A stretch of DNA of 64,000 bases from an uncultured Gemmatimonadaceae bacterium (GCA_963761305.1 CAVXGK010000001.1:1216001-1280000), one strand, 5' to 3'; shown: positions 39,860 to 51,394, numbered from the stretch's first letter. Notes: a model not told the origin generated them from the letters alone. Numbers and translations are program-made.

Positions 39860-42305
39860 ATGGAAACGATTCTCCAGGACGTCCGCGTCACGCTCCGCGC
39901 ATTCCGCCGTTCGCCCGGTTTCCCGCTCACGGCCATCGCCACACTCGCACTCGGCATCGGCGCCACGACGGCGATCTTCACCACGCTGAGCGCCGTCCTT
40001 CTCAAGCCGCTTCCATATCCCAACCCGCAGGATCTCTACAGCCTGCGAACCGCGCTCACCGACGGACGCGTCACCACGGGACTTCTGTCGGGCGGAGAGC
40101 TCTACCGGCTGAACGATCCGAAGCTCTCCGTCGAGCACGCGGCGGGATACGCGGCCGGCGACCTCACGCTCATCGCCGCCGACGGGACGCCGTCGCACAT
40201 CGACGCATACCAAGTGAGCGAAGGGTTCTTCGAGCTGTTCGGCCTGCCGATGACGATGGGCGGTTTCAAGCACGACGACTTCACGCCATTCCCGCCGCCG
40301 GCACCCAATGCGCCGCCGCAGCAATTTCCACTTCCCACCGTGGTGATCTCGTCTCGTCTGTGGAAGCAGCTCTACAGCAGCGACCCCGCGGTGATCGGCA
40401 AACCCATTCACTTCGCGGAATTCAACTCCACGGTTGCCGGCGTCGCGCCGCGCGATCTCGACATCCCGCACGGCGCCGACGTCTTCGTGGCCCAGCGCAC
40501 GCCTTCCACCGACGTCAACCACGGGCAAGAGGCGTTCGTGCGACTGCGGCGCGGGTCGACGATCGAACGCGCGAAGAGCGAGATGGCGTCGGTCATGGCC
40601 GGCCTCGCCACCGACTTCCCCGCCGCGGACAAGAACCGGGTCTACGTCCCGAAGCCGCTCGTCGACTCGATCGTCGGCGACTTGGGCCCGATCCTCATCA
40701 TCGTCATGGCGGCGACCGGGTTGCTGCTCCTGCTCGCGTGCGTCAACGTCGCCAACCTGCTGCTCGCGCGCGGCGCGGCGAGAGCGCGCGAGATGGCCGT
40801 GCGCGCGGCGCTCGGCGCGGGATGGAGCCGGCTCGTTCGCCAGCTCCTCACGGAGTCGATGGTGCTGGCGACCGCCGGCACCATCGCCGGCGTGGCCGTC
40901 GGCGCGCTGGGCCTCCGGGCGCTGCTCGCGCTCGGCGCGTCGAAGCTGCCCCGCCTCGACGCCGTTTCGTTCGACGCGCGAGCCCTGCTCTTTTCGCTGG
41001 CCGTGCTCGTCGTCACCGGCGCGATCATCGGCCTGGCCCCGGCGGTTCGTCTGCTTCGCAGCGATATGAAGACGCTCATGAACGACAGCTCACGCTCGGC
41101 CAGCGCCGGCCGCGGCACGGCGCGCTGGCTGATGGCGATGACCGTGGCCGAAGTCGCGCTGGCGATCATGTTGGTGGCCGGCGCCGGCTGGCTCGTTCGA
41201 GGATTCGCGAATCTCCGGAACACCGACGCCGGCTTCGTGCCGGACAAGCGGCTCCTGTTCGACGTGTCCTTTCTGGGACCGCGATATCAGACGCCGGACG
41301 CCGTTCGTCAGGCGCAGCTCGATCTCGTGAGCGCCGTCCGCAAGCATTCGCGGCGTGACCGAGGTCGGACTCGTCTCGGCGTATCCGACACGCAGCAGGC
41401 TCGAGAGCTCGCTGCTCGCGCAGTTTCATGGCGAGCCGTTCGACGCGGCCAATCCGCCCGGTACGCGCCAGCGGTTCGCCGGACCGGGACTCTTCGCCGC
41501 GATGGGCACGCCCATCCTCAAGGGTCGCGATTTCGCCACCAGCGACCTGCCGACGACGCAACCGGTAGCGATCGTCAACCACGTGTTCGTCGACCGCTAC
41601 CTCAAGGGACGCGATCCGATCGGGGTGCAGTTTTCAGCCGGATATCCGGCACCCGATCCCAAGAACGAAGTGACGATCGTGGGCGTGATCGGCGACGTGC
41701 GACAGAAGTCGCTCGCCGAGTCGGCGGAGCCGGCGTTCTACTCTCCGCTGCCGCAGATTCCGCTGCGGCGCGCGACGGCCGTCGTGTCCATGTCGCAATC
41801 GGATCCGGCGCCCGTCGAGCGAGCGATCCGCGCGGAGATACGGAAGCTCAACCCGACGATGGCACTCGATTTCCAGCTCGCGTCGGACGTCGTCGGAGGC
41901 ACGATCCGACGCCAGGAGCTCGGGATGACGCTGATGCTCATCTTCGGCGGCATCGCGATCGTGCTCGCGGCCGTGGGGATCTACGGCGTCGTGTCGTACG
42001 CCGGCTCTCTGCGGCGCGAAGAGATGGCTACGCGCCTCGCTCTCGGCGCGTCACCGCACTCCGTGTTTTTGCTCGTCATGAGGCAGGGTGCGACCCTCGG
42101 CCTCGTCGGCGCCGCGATCGGTCTGGGTCTGGCCTACTTCTCCGGTCAGGTCATTTCAAATCGCGTCTATGCGATCCGGGCGTCGGATCCCCTGATCCTG
42201 TCGATCGCCACATTACTGATCGGGTCGATCACGGTTCTGGCAACCACGATTCCCGCGGCGCGCGCGGCGCGGCTGAATCCCGCCACTGCGTTGCAATCGG
42301 AATGA
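39860..42305 (+). CDS. ADOP-type duplicated ABC permease, frameshifted near 41345
   Basis: RRSPGF..AIATLALGIGA and ACVNVANLLLAR; second half in ORF 41355..42305 ending PAARAARLNPATALQSE. Confidence 0.87.
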
Positions 42306-43111
42306 GGCGAGGAGGAACGTCAGGCTCAGGCACCGCGGTGCGCCTCGGCAACATCGACGTCTGCCGCATCGGACTCGGCACGAATCGGCTCCGGGACACC
42401 GACGCCCACGTCGCGTTCATCCGCGCCGCGGTCGACACCGGCGTCCAAATGATCGACACGGCGCATCTCTACACCGGCGGGGAGAGCGAGAAGACTATCG
42501 GACGCGCGTTGTCGACCCCGCACACCGAGGTCGTCGTGGCGACGAAAGGTGGGTACGGCGACACGGGACGCGGCAGGCCCGAATTGCTGCGACAGGAAAT
42601 CGAGCAGAGTCTCGCGGGCCTGAGAACCGCCCACATCGCGCTCTACTACCTCCATCGCGTGGACCCGGAGACGCCGATCGAGGAGAGCTTGGGCGCGATC
42701 AAGGAGTATGTCGACCGCGGCGCCATCGAGCGAGTCGGGATCTCGAAGGTCGACATTCCGCTCATCGAGCGGGCGCGCAAAGTGATGCCGATCGCGGCGG
42801 TGCAGAACGAGTACAACCTCGCCGAGCGCGGATACGACGATGTCGTCGACTACTGCGCGCGCGAGGAGATCGTCTTCGTGCCGTACTATCCGCTGCGCGC
42901 CGAGCCGAATCGCGCGCTGCGCGAAACGGCGGTGCGGCACGGAGCGACGCCGCGACAGGTGATGCTCGCCTGGCTGTTGAAACGGTCGCCGGCGATGCTC
43001 CCGATTCCCGGCACGCTATCGCTGGCGCATCTCGAGGAGAACCTCGGCGCCCTGACGGTCGAGCTGTCGGACGCCGAGTTCGACGACCTCGCGGGCCCGC
43101 ACGCTGCCTGA
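42302..43111 (+). CDS. Aldo/keto reductase
   Basis: ATGA overlap with the permease stop; IDTAHLY, VATKGG, LYYLHR, VQNEYN and PIPGT. Confidence 0.9.
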   Translation: MRRGGTSGSGTAVRLGNIDVCRIGLGTNRLRDTDAHVAFIRAAVDTGVQMIDTAHLYTGGESEKTIGRALSTPHTEVVVATKGGYGDTGRGRPELLRQEIEQSLAGLRTAHIALYYLHRVDPETPIEESLGAIKEYVDRGAIERVGISKVDIPLIERARKVMPIAAVQNEYNLAERGYDDVVDYCAREEIVFVPYYPLRAEPNRALRETAVRHGATPRQVMLAWLLKRSPAMLPIPGTLSLAHLEENLGALTVELSDAEFDDLAGPHAA

Positions 43112-44480
43112 CGCCGCGACGCTCGCGCCCTCCGACACCCGGCGGCTGCTCGTCTCCTGCTCGATCGGTTCGATCGTCGAGTGGTACGACTTCTTCGTCT
43201 TCGCGTCCGCCGCGGCACTCGTCTTCGATCGAGTCTTCTTCCCGGCCGCCGATCCGCGCAACGGCGTCCTCTTCTCGCTCATGACGTACGCCGTCGGTTT
43301 CGCCACGAGGCCGCTCGGCGGGTTGGTGTTCGGCGTGCTCGGCGATCGATACGGCAGGAAGCGCGCGCTCATATGGAGCCTCCTGCTGATGGGATGCGCC
43401 ACGATGGGCGTCGGCCTCATCCCCGGGTACGCGACCATCGGCGTCGCCGCGCCGGCGTTGCTCGTCCTGCTGCGTCTGATCCAGGGACTCGCCGTCGGCG
43501 GCGAAGTCGGCGGCGCGCTGCTGCTGGTCACCGAGAGTCTCCCCGGCGACCGCCGAGGATTTTGGGCGGCGTGGCCGATGATGGGCGGGCCCGCCGGCAA
43601 CGTGCTCGCATCGGCCGCGCTCGCGCTTCTGGGGTTGTCGCTCGGAGAGTCGGCGTTCGGCGTGTGGGGATGGCGCGTCGCCTTTCTCGCGTCGGGTGCG
43701 CTGATCGCCGTCGGCGTCTGGATGCGCACGCGCGTCACCGAGTCACCGCTGTATCAGGCGTACGCGGCGCGCCGAGCGATGACTCGTCGGCAGCGACTTG
43801 CGCCGACGCTCGTCGCGCACTGGCGGTCGATGTTGACCGTTCTTCTCGTGAAGCTCGGCGAGAATGCGCTCTTTTATGTTTTCACAACCTTCTACGTCGT
43901 CTACGTCACGCGCGTGCTGCACTTGCCGCGCACGCTCGCCCTCACCGCCGCCGCCGTCGGCTCGATCGCCGACGTCATCGCCATCTTCGTCGCCGGCGCG
44001 TGGTCCGACCGCATCGGGCGGCGTCCGGTGACGGCGATCGGTCTGGTCGCCGCGTCGCTCTGGGCGTTCGCGTTGTTTCCGGCGACGGCGACCGGCTCGA
44101 CGACCTCCGTGACAATTGCCGCGATCGTGGGCGGTCTGTGCCACGGCGTGATCGTCGGCGGAATGTCGGCCTACTTCGTCGAGCTCTTCCCCACCAGCGC
44201 GCGCTACACCGGCTTCTCGCTCAGCTATCAAGTCGCCAGCGTGGCGTCGGGCGCCGTCGCGCCAATCATCGGCGTGGCGCTGCTCAACGCATACGGGTCG
44301 ACCGTGCCCGTGTCGATCTACGCGACGGCGATGGCGGTGCCGGCGTTGATCGTCCTTCGCGCGTCGCGCGAGACGCGGGGGATCGATCTCGGCACCGATC
44401 CGGGGACCGATTCTCAGAACTCTCGTCCCTCATCCTCCTTCCAGGTCACCGCACACCGCCACCACACTCCTGATGTCTAG
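43104..44480 (+). CDS. MFS transporter, metabolite:H+ symporter (MHS) family
   Basis: The frame upstream of ORF 43281 encodes SIGSIVEWYDFF; also RPLGG..FG..GDRYGRK, GGEVGGA and ELFPT..RYTG. Start uncertain (CTG at 43104 overlapping the upstream stop). Confidence 0.85.
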   Translation: MPDAATLAPSDTRRLLVSCSIGSIVEWYDFFVFASAAALVFDRVFFPAADPRNGVLFSLMTYAVGFATRPLGGLVFGVLGDRYGRKRALIWSLLLMGCATMGVGLIPGYATIGVAAPALLVLLRLIQGLAVGGEVGGALLLVTESLPGDRRGFWAAWPMMGGPAGNVLASAALALLGLSLGESAFGVWGWRVAFLASGALIAVGVWMRTRVTESPLYQAYAARRAMTRRQRLAPTLVAHWRSMLTVLLVKLGENALFYVFTTFYVVYVTRVLHLPRTLALTAAAVGSIADVIAIFVAGAWSDRIGRRPVTAIGLVAASLWAFALFPATATGSTTSVTIAAIVGGLCHGVIVGGMSAYFVELFPTSARYTGFSLSYQVASVASGAVAPIIGVALLNAYGSTVPVSIYATAMAVPALIVLRASRETRGIDLGTDPGTDSQNSRPSSSFQVTAHRHHTPDV

Positions 44481-44547
44481 GCGAGTGCGGAGACGGAGTA
44501 CGGAGACCTGGAACGGGGGGGAACGAGGCGACGTGCGGAGTCGCGTC

Positions 44548-45024
44548 CTACGCCGACAGGAACTTCCGGATGTTCTCGGCCTGACCGGTCCAGCCGCGCT
44601 CGTTCATGCTGAACGCCTTCGCGCGCCGTGACTCGGGGATGGCGTCGAATCCGGATTCGACGATCGTGAGCCGCGTGCCGGCGCCGGCTTCCTCGAGCGT
44701 GAACGTCACCAAAGTCGTCGGCTCGACGCTGTAATCGACGCCCTCTTCCAGGGCGTATGGATGCCAGCGGAAGGAGAAGAGACGCTCCGGCTCCATCGAC
44801 TCGATCCAGATCGTGATGGGGAGATGCTCGTACCTGCCGGCGCCCAGCTTTCCATTGACGGCGGCGCCGGGAGTGAACGGCGTGGTGAGCGACACGCCGA
44901 ACCATTGATTGAACTGCGTGTACTCGGTGAGCGCGCGCCACACGCGCGAGCGCGGAACGTCGAGGTTGACGAGCTTCTCGATGCGATCGGTCGAGACTGC
45001 GCCGGCGGTCGTTGTCGTTGGCAT
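44548..45024 (-). CDS. SRPBCC/AHSA1 domain protein
   Basis: VWRALT...WFG, FSFRW, TLVTFTL, GTRLTIVESGF and GW; GAGGA RBS. Confidence 0.9.
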   Translation of the reverse strand: MPTTTTAGAVSTDRIEKLVNLDVPRSRVWRALTEYTQFNQWFGVSLTTPFTPGAAVNGKLGAGRYEHLPITIWIESMEPERLFSFRWHPYALEEGVDYSVEPTTLVTFTLEEAGAGTRLTIVESGFDAIPESRRAKAFSMNERGWTGQAENIRKFLSA

Positions 45025-45032
45025 GGTGGTCC

Positions 45033-45383
45033 TCATTCGGAGTGTGAAGGGTCGTCGTTGTCGGGGTGGCGCAGCAGCTCGGCGAGACGCTCGATGCGCG
45101 TATCCCAGAGGCGTTCGTAACCGCGGAGCCAATCGTCGGCGCGCTCGAGCGGCCGAGGATCGATGCGGCAGTAGTGGATGCGTCCACGCACGGTTCGTTT
45201 CACGAGCCCGGCCCTCTCGAGAGTCTGGACGTGCTTCGACGCCGCGGCGAGCGACATCCGATACGGTGCGGCGAGCTCGCCGACGGTCTGCTCGCCTTTG
45301 GCGAGACGCTCGAGCATTGCGCGCCGGGTCCGGTCGCCGAGCGCGCGGAAGACGAGATCGAGCCGTGCGTTTTGTTCAACCAT
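45033..45383 (-). CDS. ArsR/SmtB family regulator (SRPBCC-associated)
   Basis: LDLVFRALGDRTRR, ASKHVQTLERAGLV and Y..LW..R. Confidence 0.92.
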   Translation of the reverse strand: MVEQNARLDLVFRALGDRTRRAMLERLAKGEQTVGELAAPYRMSLAAASKHVQTLERAGLVKRTVRGRIHYCRIDPRPLERADDWLRGYERLWDTRIERLAELLRHPDNDDPSHSE

Positions 45384-45430
45384 ACGGTTGAATATAGGAG
45401 CCGCCGCTCGATTGTCAACGGGTTGGTTGA
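45375..45430 (-). promoter_or_regulatory. Sigma70 promoter plus palindromic ArsR operator(s); leaderless
   Basis: Minus strand TTGACA-N16-TATATT-N7-ATG. Perfect-arm palindrome TTCAACC-N4-GGTTGAA (45375-45392) covers the start codon. A second TCAAC-N6-GTTGA (45415-45430) overlaps the -35. Confidence 0.75.
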
Positions 45431-45664
45431 GGATCAATACTGGACGTGGAACGGGTGCGGCGGCGGTGTGCGGGGACCTGGAACGAGGAGGGGAGGGAGT
45501 GCGGAGTCGAGCTGATTTGGCGATACGCCGCAAACGATCCCCCGCACTCGTCCCAGGTCTCCGCACCCCGTCACCGTACTCGTCCGAGGTCTCCGCACCC
45601 CGTCACCGTACTCGTTCCAGGTCTCGGCACCCCGCCGCCGCACCCGCTCCAGACCTCGCGACCA

Positions 45665-47246
45665 TCATCGTGGGTCGATCACGCTGGGGCCTCTGATTGT
45701 CTCGACAAACGACCGCAGTCGCGCGCCCGATGCCTCGGGATCCGCCAGCGCGACGTGTCCGTCGGGCCGAACGAGGTACAATGCGTCGCGCCGCAGTCCC
45801 GCCGAGCCCATCATCGATCGCCACGGAAACTCGTGGTACTCGAGACCGAGCTCGCGACACGCAGCCTCGAGGTCGGCCGCCGGCTGTCCGTAGCGATGGA
45901 CCTGCCAGCGCCACGATGCGAGCGGTGAGTGGTTGTCGCCTCGATCGCCGGATTCGGGCGGCGACGGCACCCATGGCAACCGATCGCCGCCCTGCACCGC
46001 GCCGGCTCGTCCGCTGCTGATCGCGCTGTCGCGATAGTTGATCGCGATCTGCGAGACGGTGCGAAAGACAAAGCGGCGGAAAGCGGTGACGTGGAACACG
46101 ATGCTCGCGACGGTTGGGAAGATGCGCGTTCGAATCAACGCCGCCGCTCGGCCGCCGCGTGTCACGATCTCGAAGGCGCGGTCGGTGGTCGCGACCAGCC
46201 GTCGCGCGAACGCGATGCGTTCCGGCTCGTAGGTGTCGAGCAGCGCCGGCGATGCGCGGCCCTGCAGAACTTCGGCGAGCTTCCACGCGAGATTGACCGC
46301 GTCGCCGATGCCGGTGTTCATGCCCTGCGCGCCGACAGGACTGTGGACGTGCGCGGCGTCGCCGAGTAGGAAGGCGCGGCCGACGCGAAAGCGGCCGGCG
46401 ACGCGATGGTGAACGTGGTAGGTCGAGAACCAGTTCACGTGCTCCACCTCGAGGCCGAGACGATCGATCGGCCGCCGGCCAACGTCCTCGAACGTCCACT
46501 CTCGCTCTCGCTCCTCCGCGCTCTCGACACGAATCGTCCCCACGAGGCGCACGCGACCTGGTCCCTTCATGTCGAAAACGACGAGCAGCTCCGCGTCGTC
46601 GAGCGCGACGTTCACGCCGTCGTCGACTGCCGGACCATGGGCGATGACGTCCGCGACGTAGAAGATGCGTTGGTACGTTCCGCCGCCGAAGTCGATGCCG
46701 AGGTTCTTGCGAACGACCGAGTGCGTGCCGTCGCATCCGGCGACATAGCGTACCGCGCACGTCTCAGTGTCGCCGCCCGGACGACGCAGCATCGCGTGCA
46801 CGCCGTCGCCGGTTTCGTCGAGGCGAACGAAGCTCGTTCCCCACTCGACCTGAACGTTCGCCGCGGCGAGTCGGGCGACGAGCAGCCGTTCATGCGCGTC
46901 CTGGGCGAAGTCGAGGACGAACGGATACCGCGTGAGGCCGGTGCCGATGTCGTCGAATTGAATGCGTGCGACGCGCCGGCGACTGCCGCCAGAGATTCGC
47001 CGTCTTCGCGATCACGCCTGCATTTACGACGTCGTCAGCGAATCCCAGCTGCCGATAGAACTCGAGCGTGCGCGCGTGAACGCCGAGCGCGCGCGAATAC
47101 GGAGCGACGCCCTCCTTCTGGTCGATGATGCGGACCGCGACACCGAGCCGCGCCAGCACCAGCGCCAGCACGAGGCCAGTGGGACCGGCGCCGACGATGA
47201 GAACTTCGGCGTTCGATGGTGCGAGTTCCAAACTCTCGTTCCTCAT
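45665..47246 (-). CDS. FAD-dependent monooxygenase (PheA/TfdB-like), frameshifted near 46990
   Basis: VLIVGAGPTG, SRALGV, GCDGTHSVVRK and GDAAHVHSPVGAQGMNTG. Confidence 0.88.
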
Positions 47247-47374
47247 CCTCGTTCCGGGTCTCCGCGCTCCGGCTCCGCACTCGTCTTAACCTAAAGTGCG
47301 GTGGCGGCGCGCGGCGACCTGGAACGTGGAACGGGAACGGGAACGAGTGCGGTGACAGGTGGCTCGGTTTGGGC

Positions 47375-48801
47375 CTACAGCGAATTGAGAAATGCGATCA
47401 GCGCTTTTCGATCGCTCGCCGAGAGCGACTTGAAACGCTCGCGAGCGTTTCTTGCTTCGCCGCCGTGCCAGAGCACGGCCTCCAAGCAGATCGCGCGCGC
47501 GTCCATCGTGCAGGAAGTACGTGTGACCGTTCACAATCTGCACGAGCCCAATGCCCCACAGCGGCGGCGTGCGGAATTCGCGACCGGACGCCCTGAAGTC
47601 GGGACGATTGTCGGCGAGCGCGGCTGCCCATGTCGTGCAGCAAGAGATCCGTGTACGGGTGAATCTTCTGGTTCGAGACGGCGGGCACGCCGGGGAGCAC
47701 GCCGGTCGTGAGCGTCGAGACGTGACAGCCGTCGCACCCGATGGCGTGGAACAGCCACTCGCCGTGCAGCGCTTGCGGATCGTCGAGGTTCCGACGCGCC
47801 GGCACGCCCAACGTCTCCGTGTAGAACGCGACGTCGCTCACCGTCTGGTCGTCGAGCTCGGCCGCGTGGTCCTGGCAGCCGGAGAACTCGCCCTTGCAGT
47901 TCTCGGTCGGGAAGTACGACGTCGTGATGCCCATGTCGCCGTTGAACGCTCCGGCCGCCTGGTGCAACAGCGTTCCGACGTTGGCCTTCCAGCCGAAGCG
48001 TCCGATGATGTAGTCCTGCACCGTCACGTCGTACACGACGTTGTAGTGCCCCGAAATGCCGTCCTCATCGGCGTCGTTGCGATCGGCGAGCGCACGAATC
48101 GTCGCCTCGGGAACTGCCTCGAGCAATCCAAGCCCGAAATTGACCGGCGCCACGCGCGGTGACGTGAGCAGGTTGTTGGGTAGCGGGCCGATGAGTCCCT
48201 TGAACGCGTAGTGCGGGACACGCAGCGTGTACGGCGTGCCGTCGCCGAATGGTCCACCGGAATCCGAGTAGGCCACGCGCGCCGATGCTTCGGGAAAGAA
48301 TCCCGGAATCGCGAGCAATTGCAGCTGCCCGCCGAACAACGGCGCGGGATTCGGTCCGCCGTGCGGGTCCTGTCCAGGAATGCTCGCGCGAAACAGCATC
48401 GTCAAGAACGAGACGCCGTCGGCCGGCGGCTGGCCGCGACCGTCGCCGAAGTGACACGCCTCGCACGCGTTGTTGTTGAACAACGGTCCGAGTCCGGTGC
48501 TCGGCGTGAAGATTCCGCCGAACACAGCGTCGCCGGCATTGTGTCGCGCCAGCGCGGCCGCGTCGAGGTTTGGCGCCGGATGGCCGAACGCGCCGGCGGT
48601 CGCGTCGAACACCGTGGTTGCGCCTCCGGACAATGCATCCGGATCGATCCGTCCTCCGAGCGACGCGCTGCGACTCGCAGCCGCGTCGGAAGGAGCAGCG
48701 GGGTTGGAGGGGACTGGCTGGATTGGCTCACTGCACGCGGCGGCGGCGGCGGCGAGTGCGAGCCAAAGGACACGGAACGGCGTGCGGGTGGGGCGACGCA
48801 T
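47375..48801 (-). CDS. Di-heme oxidoreductase (DHOR family) lipoprotein, two frameshifts (~47625, ~47485)
   Basis: Lipobox AAA/C; GLGPLFNNNACEACH, GRFGWKA, GCDGCH and PYTDLLLHDMG; then RTPPLWG, LHDGRAR and WHGGEA in shifted frames. Confidence 0.85.
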
Positions 48802-49298
48802 GGGGGCTCCTGCGTCTGGGGAGGAGAGCACGACTGCGCTGAGCGTCGGCGCTGAGCGGGCAGCGACTTGCGCGTTCGAGAGCGCGGGACGCCAAGGCGA
48901 GGGGAGCGTCGGATGGCGGGCGTGCAACTCGGGCCGCACAGTGCTCGTGTTTGGCTGTGCTGTCAGTGATTGAAGTCACCCGCGGAAAATTGTTCCATCG
49001 GCGCTTGGCGTGCTCCCAGTATGAAAATCTGCAATTCCCAACCCATCAGCTCGCTGGCCGCATCGAGTGCGGCGCTATCTAAGATCTCTTAATGGCGTGA
49101 GTGCGGTGGCGGTGTGCGGAGACCTGGAACGGGGAACGGGAAAGAGTGCGGAGTCAGGGGCTCGGCGACGCTGATCATCTCGTTGGCCGTTGGGGCTACA
49201 TGCCCCTGCCGCGATCATCGACGCGTTGCGGGCGGCATGTGGTCTGCCCCTCGCACCTGAGCGGAGAGATGCTTCACCGCTGAGGTGGCGGCACACCC

Positions 49299-51071
49299 AT
49301 GTTGGTCACGATATCGGCGCTCATCGCCGCGGGAACGATGGCGGCGCATCAGAGCGCCGGGTCGTCCCAGACACCTGACACGTTGGCGCCCGTTCGCCAA
49401 TCGGCAGTCGCTGTCAGCGATCGCGATTCCACGCGCGCGCTGCGCGTCGCGCATCGGGCGCAAGGCGACTTCGAGTCTCTGCGACGGCAACTCTTGCCGC
49501 GCGCGACATTTACCGGCGGCGCCGACTGCGACGCCGTCGTCGGCCGCTACTGCTTTGTCCAGCAGGTCGCGTCCGATCCACCAAAGGAAGCGCCCGAGGT
49601 GGTCGAGGCCCGAGCTCGGCTCCTGACGGTCCTCGACAGTGTCGGCGCGGTGATCCCCGGCGATCGGTGGACCCTCGGCCAGACGGTTCGCTATCTCGTC
49701 GAGGCGGGACGCGCGCACGAGGCCGACAGCTTGGGTGTCGCATGCGCCGCATCAGCGACGGTTCGCGCGACGAAGAGCTGGTGTTTCGCGCTCGTCGGCT
49801 ACACGGCGCAGCAGTACGGCAAGTTTCCGCGCGCCGATGCCGCCTTCTCGTTGGCGCTCGACGAGCTGCCCGAGCCGGATCGTGGGAGATTTGAAGATCT
49901 CGCATTGTTCCTCGGACGCGCCGCCGGACCGTACCGGCGCATGGACGGCGAGCCGCGCGACTCGATGACGGCCGCGTTCTGGCGACTCGTCCAACCGTTG
50001 TACCTGACGAACGTGAACGATCTGCGGACGGAGTTCCTCGCGCGCATCACGCGGATGTACATCGAGCAGGACAGCCGAACGACGATGAGCGATTGGGTGC
50101 GCGGGGACGACCGGGAGACCCTGCTCCGCTATGGCGTCGCGCTCTGGTACACGCAGGGTGATGCGCGCCCGGGTGGGACGGGGCCGCCGCCGATCGCCGG
50201 CATTCGGCGCCAACCGTCGTTCAACTTCTTCCCCGACGCGCACGTGTTCGCGGCGCCGGATCAGCTGGCCCCCGACGATTGGGAATTTCAGAACGTGGAG
50301 AGCCGGCCGACCTATGCGCCGATGTGGGCCACCAGCTTCGAGCCGCTCATCAACAATCAGGTCGCGCTCTTTCGGCGCGGCGACTCGGCGTTCATCGTCG
50401 CGGCGTTCGAAGTGAACGACGGCGGGACGCGCCGCGAACCTCGACAGGCTGGTGTCTTCGCGGCCGCGGTCGATCGTGGCGGCGTGCTTCCTCCATTCGG
50501 CACGACGATCGAGAACGCGCCCCCCAAAGTCGTGTCCACGCTGATGGCGCCATGGCATCCGATGATCATCAGCCTCGAGGTGCTGGATTCGGCGAACCGC
50601 TCGGCAGAACGCATGCGCTTTGCGCCGAAGCTGCCGCTCGCCAGCACGCGGCTGAACCTCTCGGATCTCTTGCTGTACGAGCCGATGGATTCCGTGCCGC
50701 CGAAATCACTCATCGATGCGGTGCCGCTCGCGTTGCACTCCATGACGGCGCCGAGCAGCCGGCAGATCGGCATCTTCTGGGAGACGTACGGCGTGCGTCC
50801 CGAGGGAGAAACGTTCGACTACGCGCTCGTGGTGGAGCCGGTCGACCAAGGCTTGATCCACCGCGCGCTCGTCGGGCTGCACGTGATGGACCCAGACCGA
50901 GGACTCATCCTGCAGTGGCGCGAATCGCCGTCGATCGCCGGTGGAATCGCGTCGCGCGGCCTGACGGTGGATCTGTCGCGTCTCAAACCGGGACAGTATC
51001 GCGTGCGGCTGATGCTGACGTCCGGGGCCAATCTCCCGATCGTCGCCGAGCGGAGCATCGAGGTCCTTTAG
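49299..51071 (+). CDS. Secreted hypothetical protein with a divergent GWxTD-like domain
   Basis: FWRLVQPLYLTNVNDLRTEFLAR...DRETLLRYG resembles GWxTD domains; Ig-like C-terminus (L..LKPGQY.V). Confidence 0.6.
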   Translation: MLVTISALIAAGTMAAHQSAGSSQTPDTLAPVRQSAVAVSDRDSTRALRVAHRAQGDFESLRRQLLPRATFTGGADCDAVVGRYCFVQQVASDPPKEAPEVVEARARLLTVLDSVGAVIPGDRWTLGQTVRYLVEAGRAHEADSLGVACAASATVRATKSWCFALVGYTAQQYGKFPRADAAFSLALDELPEPDRGRFEDLALFLGRAAGPYRRMDGEPRDSMTAAFWRLVQPLYLTNVNDLRTEFLARITRMYIEQDSRTTMSDWVRGDDRETLLRYGVALWYTQGDARPGGTGPPPIAGIRRQPSFNFFPDAHVFAAPDQLAPDDWEFQNVESRPTYAPMWATSFEPLINNQVALFRRGDSAFIVAAFEVNDGGTRREPRQAGVFAAAVDRGGVLPPFGTTIENAPPKVVSTLMAPWHPMIISLEVLDSANRSAERMRFAPKLPLASTRLNLSDLLLYEPMDSVPPKSLIDAVPLALHSMTAPSSRQIGIFWETYGVRPEGETFDYALVVEPVDQGLIHRALVGLHVMDPDRGLILQWRESPSIAGGIASRGLTVDLSRLKPGQYRVRLMLTSGANLPIVAERSIEVL

Positions 51072-51077
51072 TCGCCC

Positions 51078-51382
51078 CAACTGCAACTGCCAACTACAAC
51101 TGCCAACTGCAGCTGCAACTGCAACTGCTTGAACGCAGAGACGCAGAGAACGCAGAGAACGCAGAGGGTTCCTCGGCTCGAACTGAGGGCCGCTCGCAAC
51201 GAGCCGGGAGAAATGCTTTTGTTACAGCCGCTCGGGAAGCTTCCGGCGAAGCGACCCGGCTCCTTCACACCCGGGGCCTCCCGAGCGGCTTTGACAAAAC
51301 GATCCCGTGGCGGCGCCGACCTCGAGTTTGGGTGCAGTTCTCTGCGTCCTCTGCGTTTCCGCGTTGAAGCAGTTGCAGTTGC
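51078..51382. repeat. REPIN/MITE-like nested palindrome between convergent genes
   Basis: 45-bp IR at 51115-51159/51338-51382 (4 mismatches) containing AACGCAGAG units; inner IR at 51217-51240/51276-51299; (CAACTG)n-like run at 51078-51128. Confidence 0.75.
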
Positions 51383-51394
51383 GTGGCGCCGACG

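Larger units (their letters stand above)
44425..49160. repeat. Dispersed REP-like intergenic family, core GTGCGG(A/T/G)GACCTGGAACG
   Basis: Copies at about 44425-44470(-), 44483-44545(+), 45446-45510(+), 45541-45655(-, three 32-bp tandem units at 45547/45579/45611), 47235-47283(-), 47295-47360(+) and 49098-49160(+). Coordinates span the cluster, not one continuous repeat. Confidence 0.75.

Noticed and set aside
39710..43111. Apparent 1133-aa fusion of ABC permease and aldo/keto reductase
   Set aside because: Artefact of the frameshift near 41345. The middle of the ORF is off-frame nonsense and the true permease C-terminus lies in 41355..42305.
45541..45655. Three 32-bp repeats resembling a mini-CRISPR
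   Set aside because: The repeats abut with no spacers, belong to the dispersed REP-like family, and no cas genes are present.
49018..49042. Possible Fur box upstream of the di-heme oxidoreductase
   Set aside because: AT-rich but a poor match to GATAATGATAATCATTATC, with weak symmetry.
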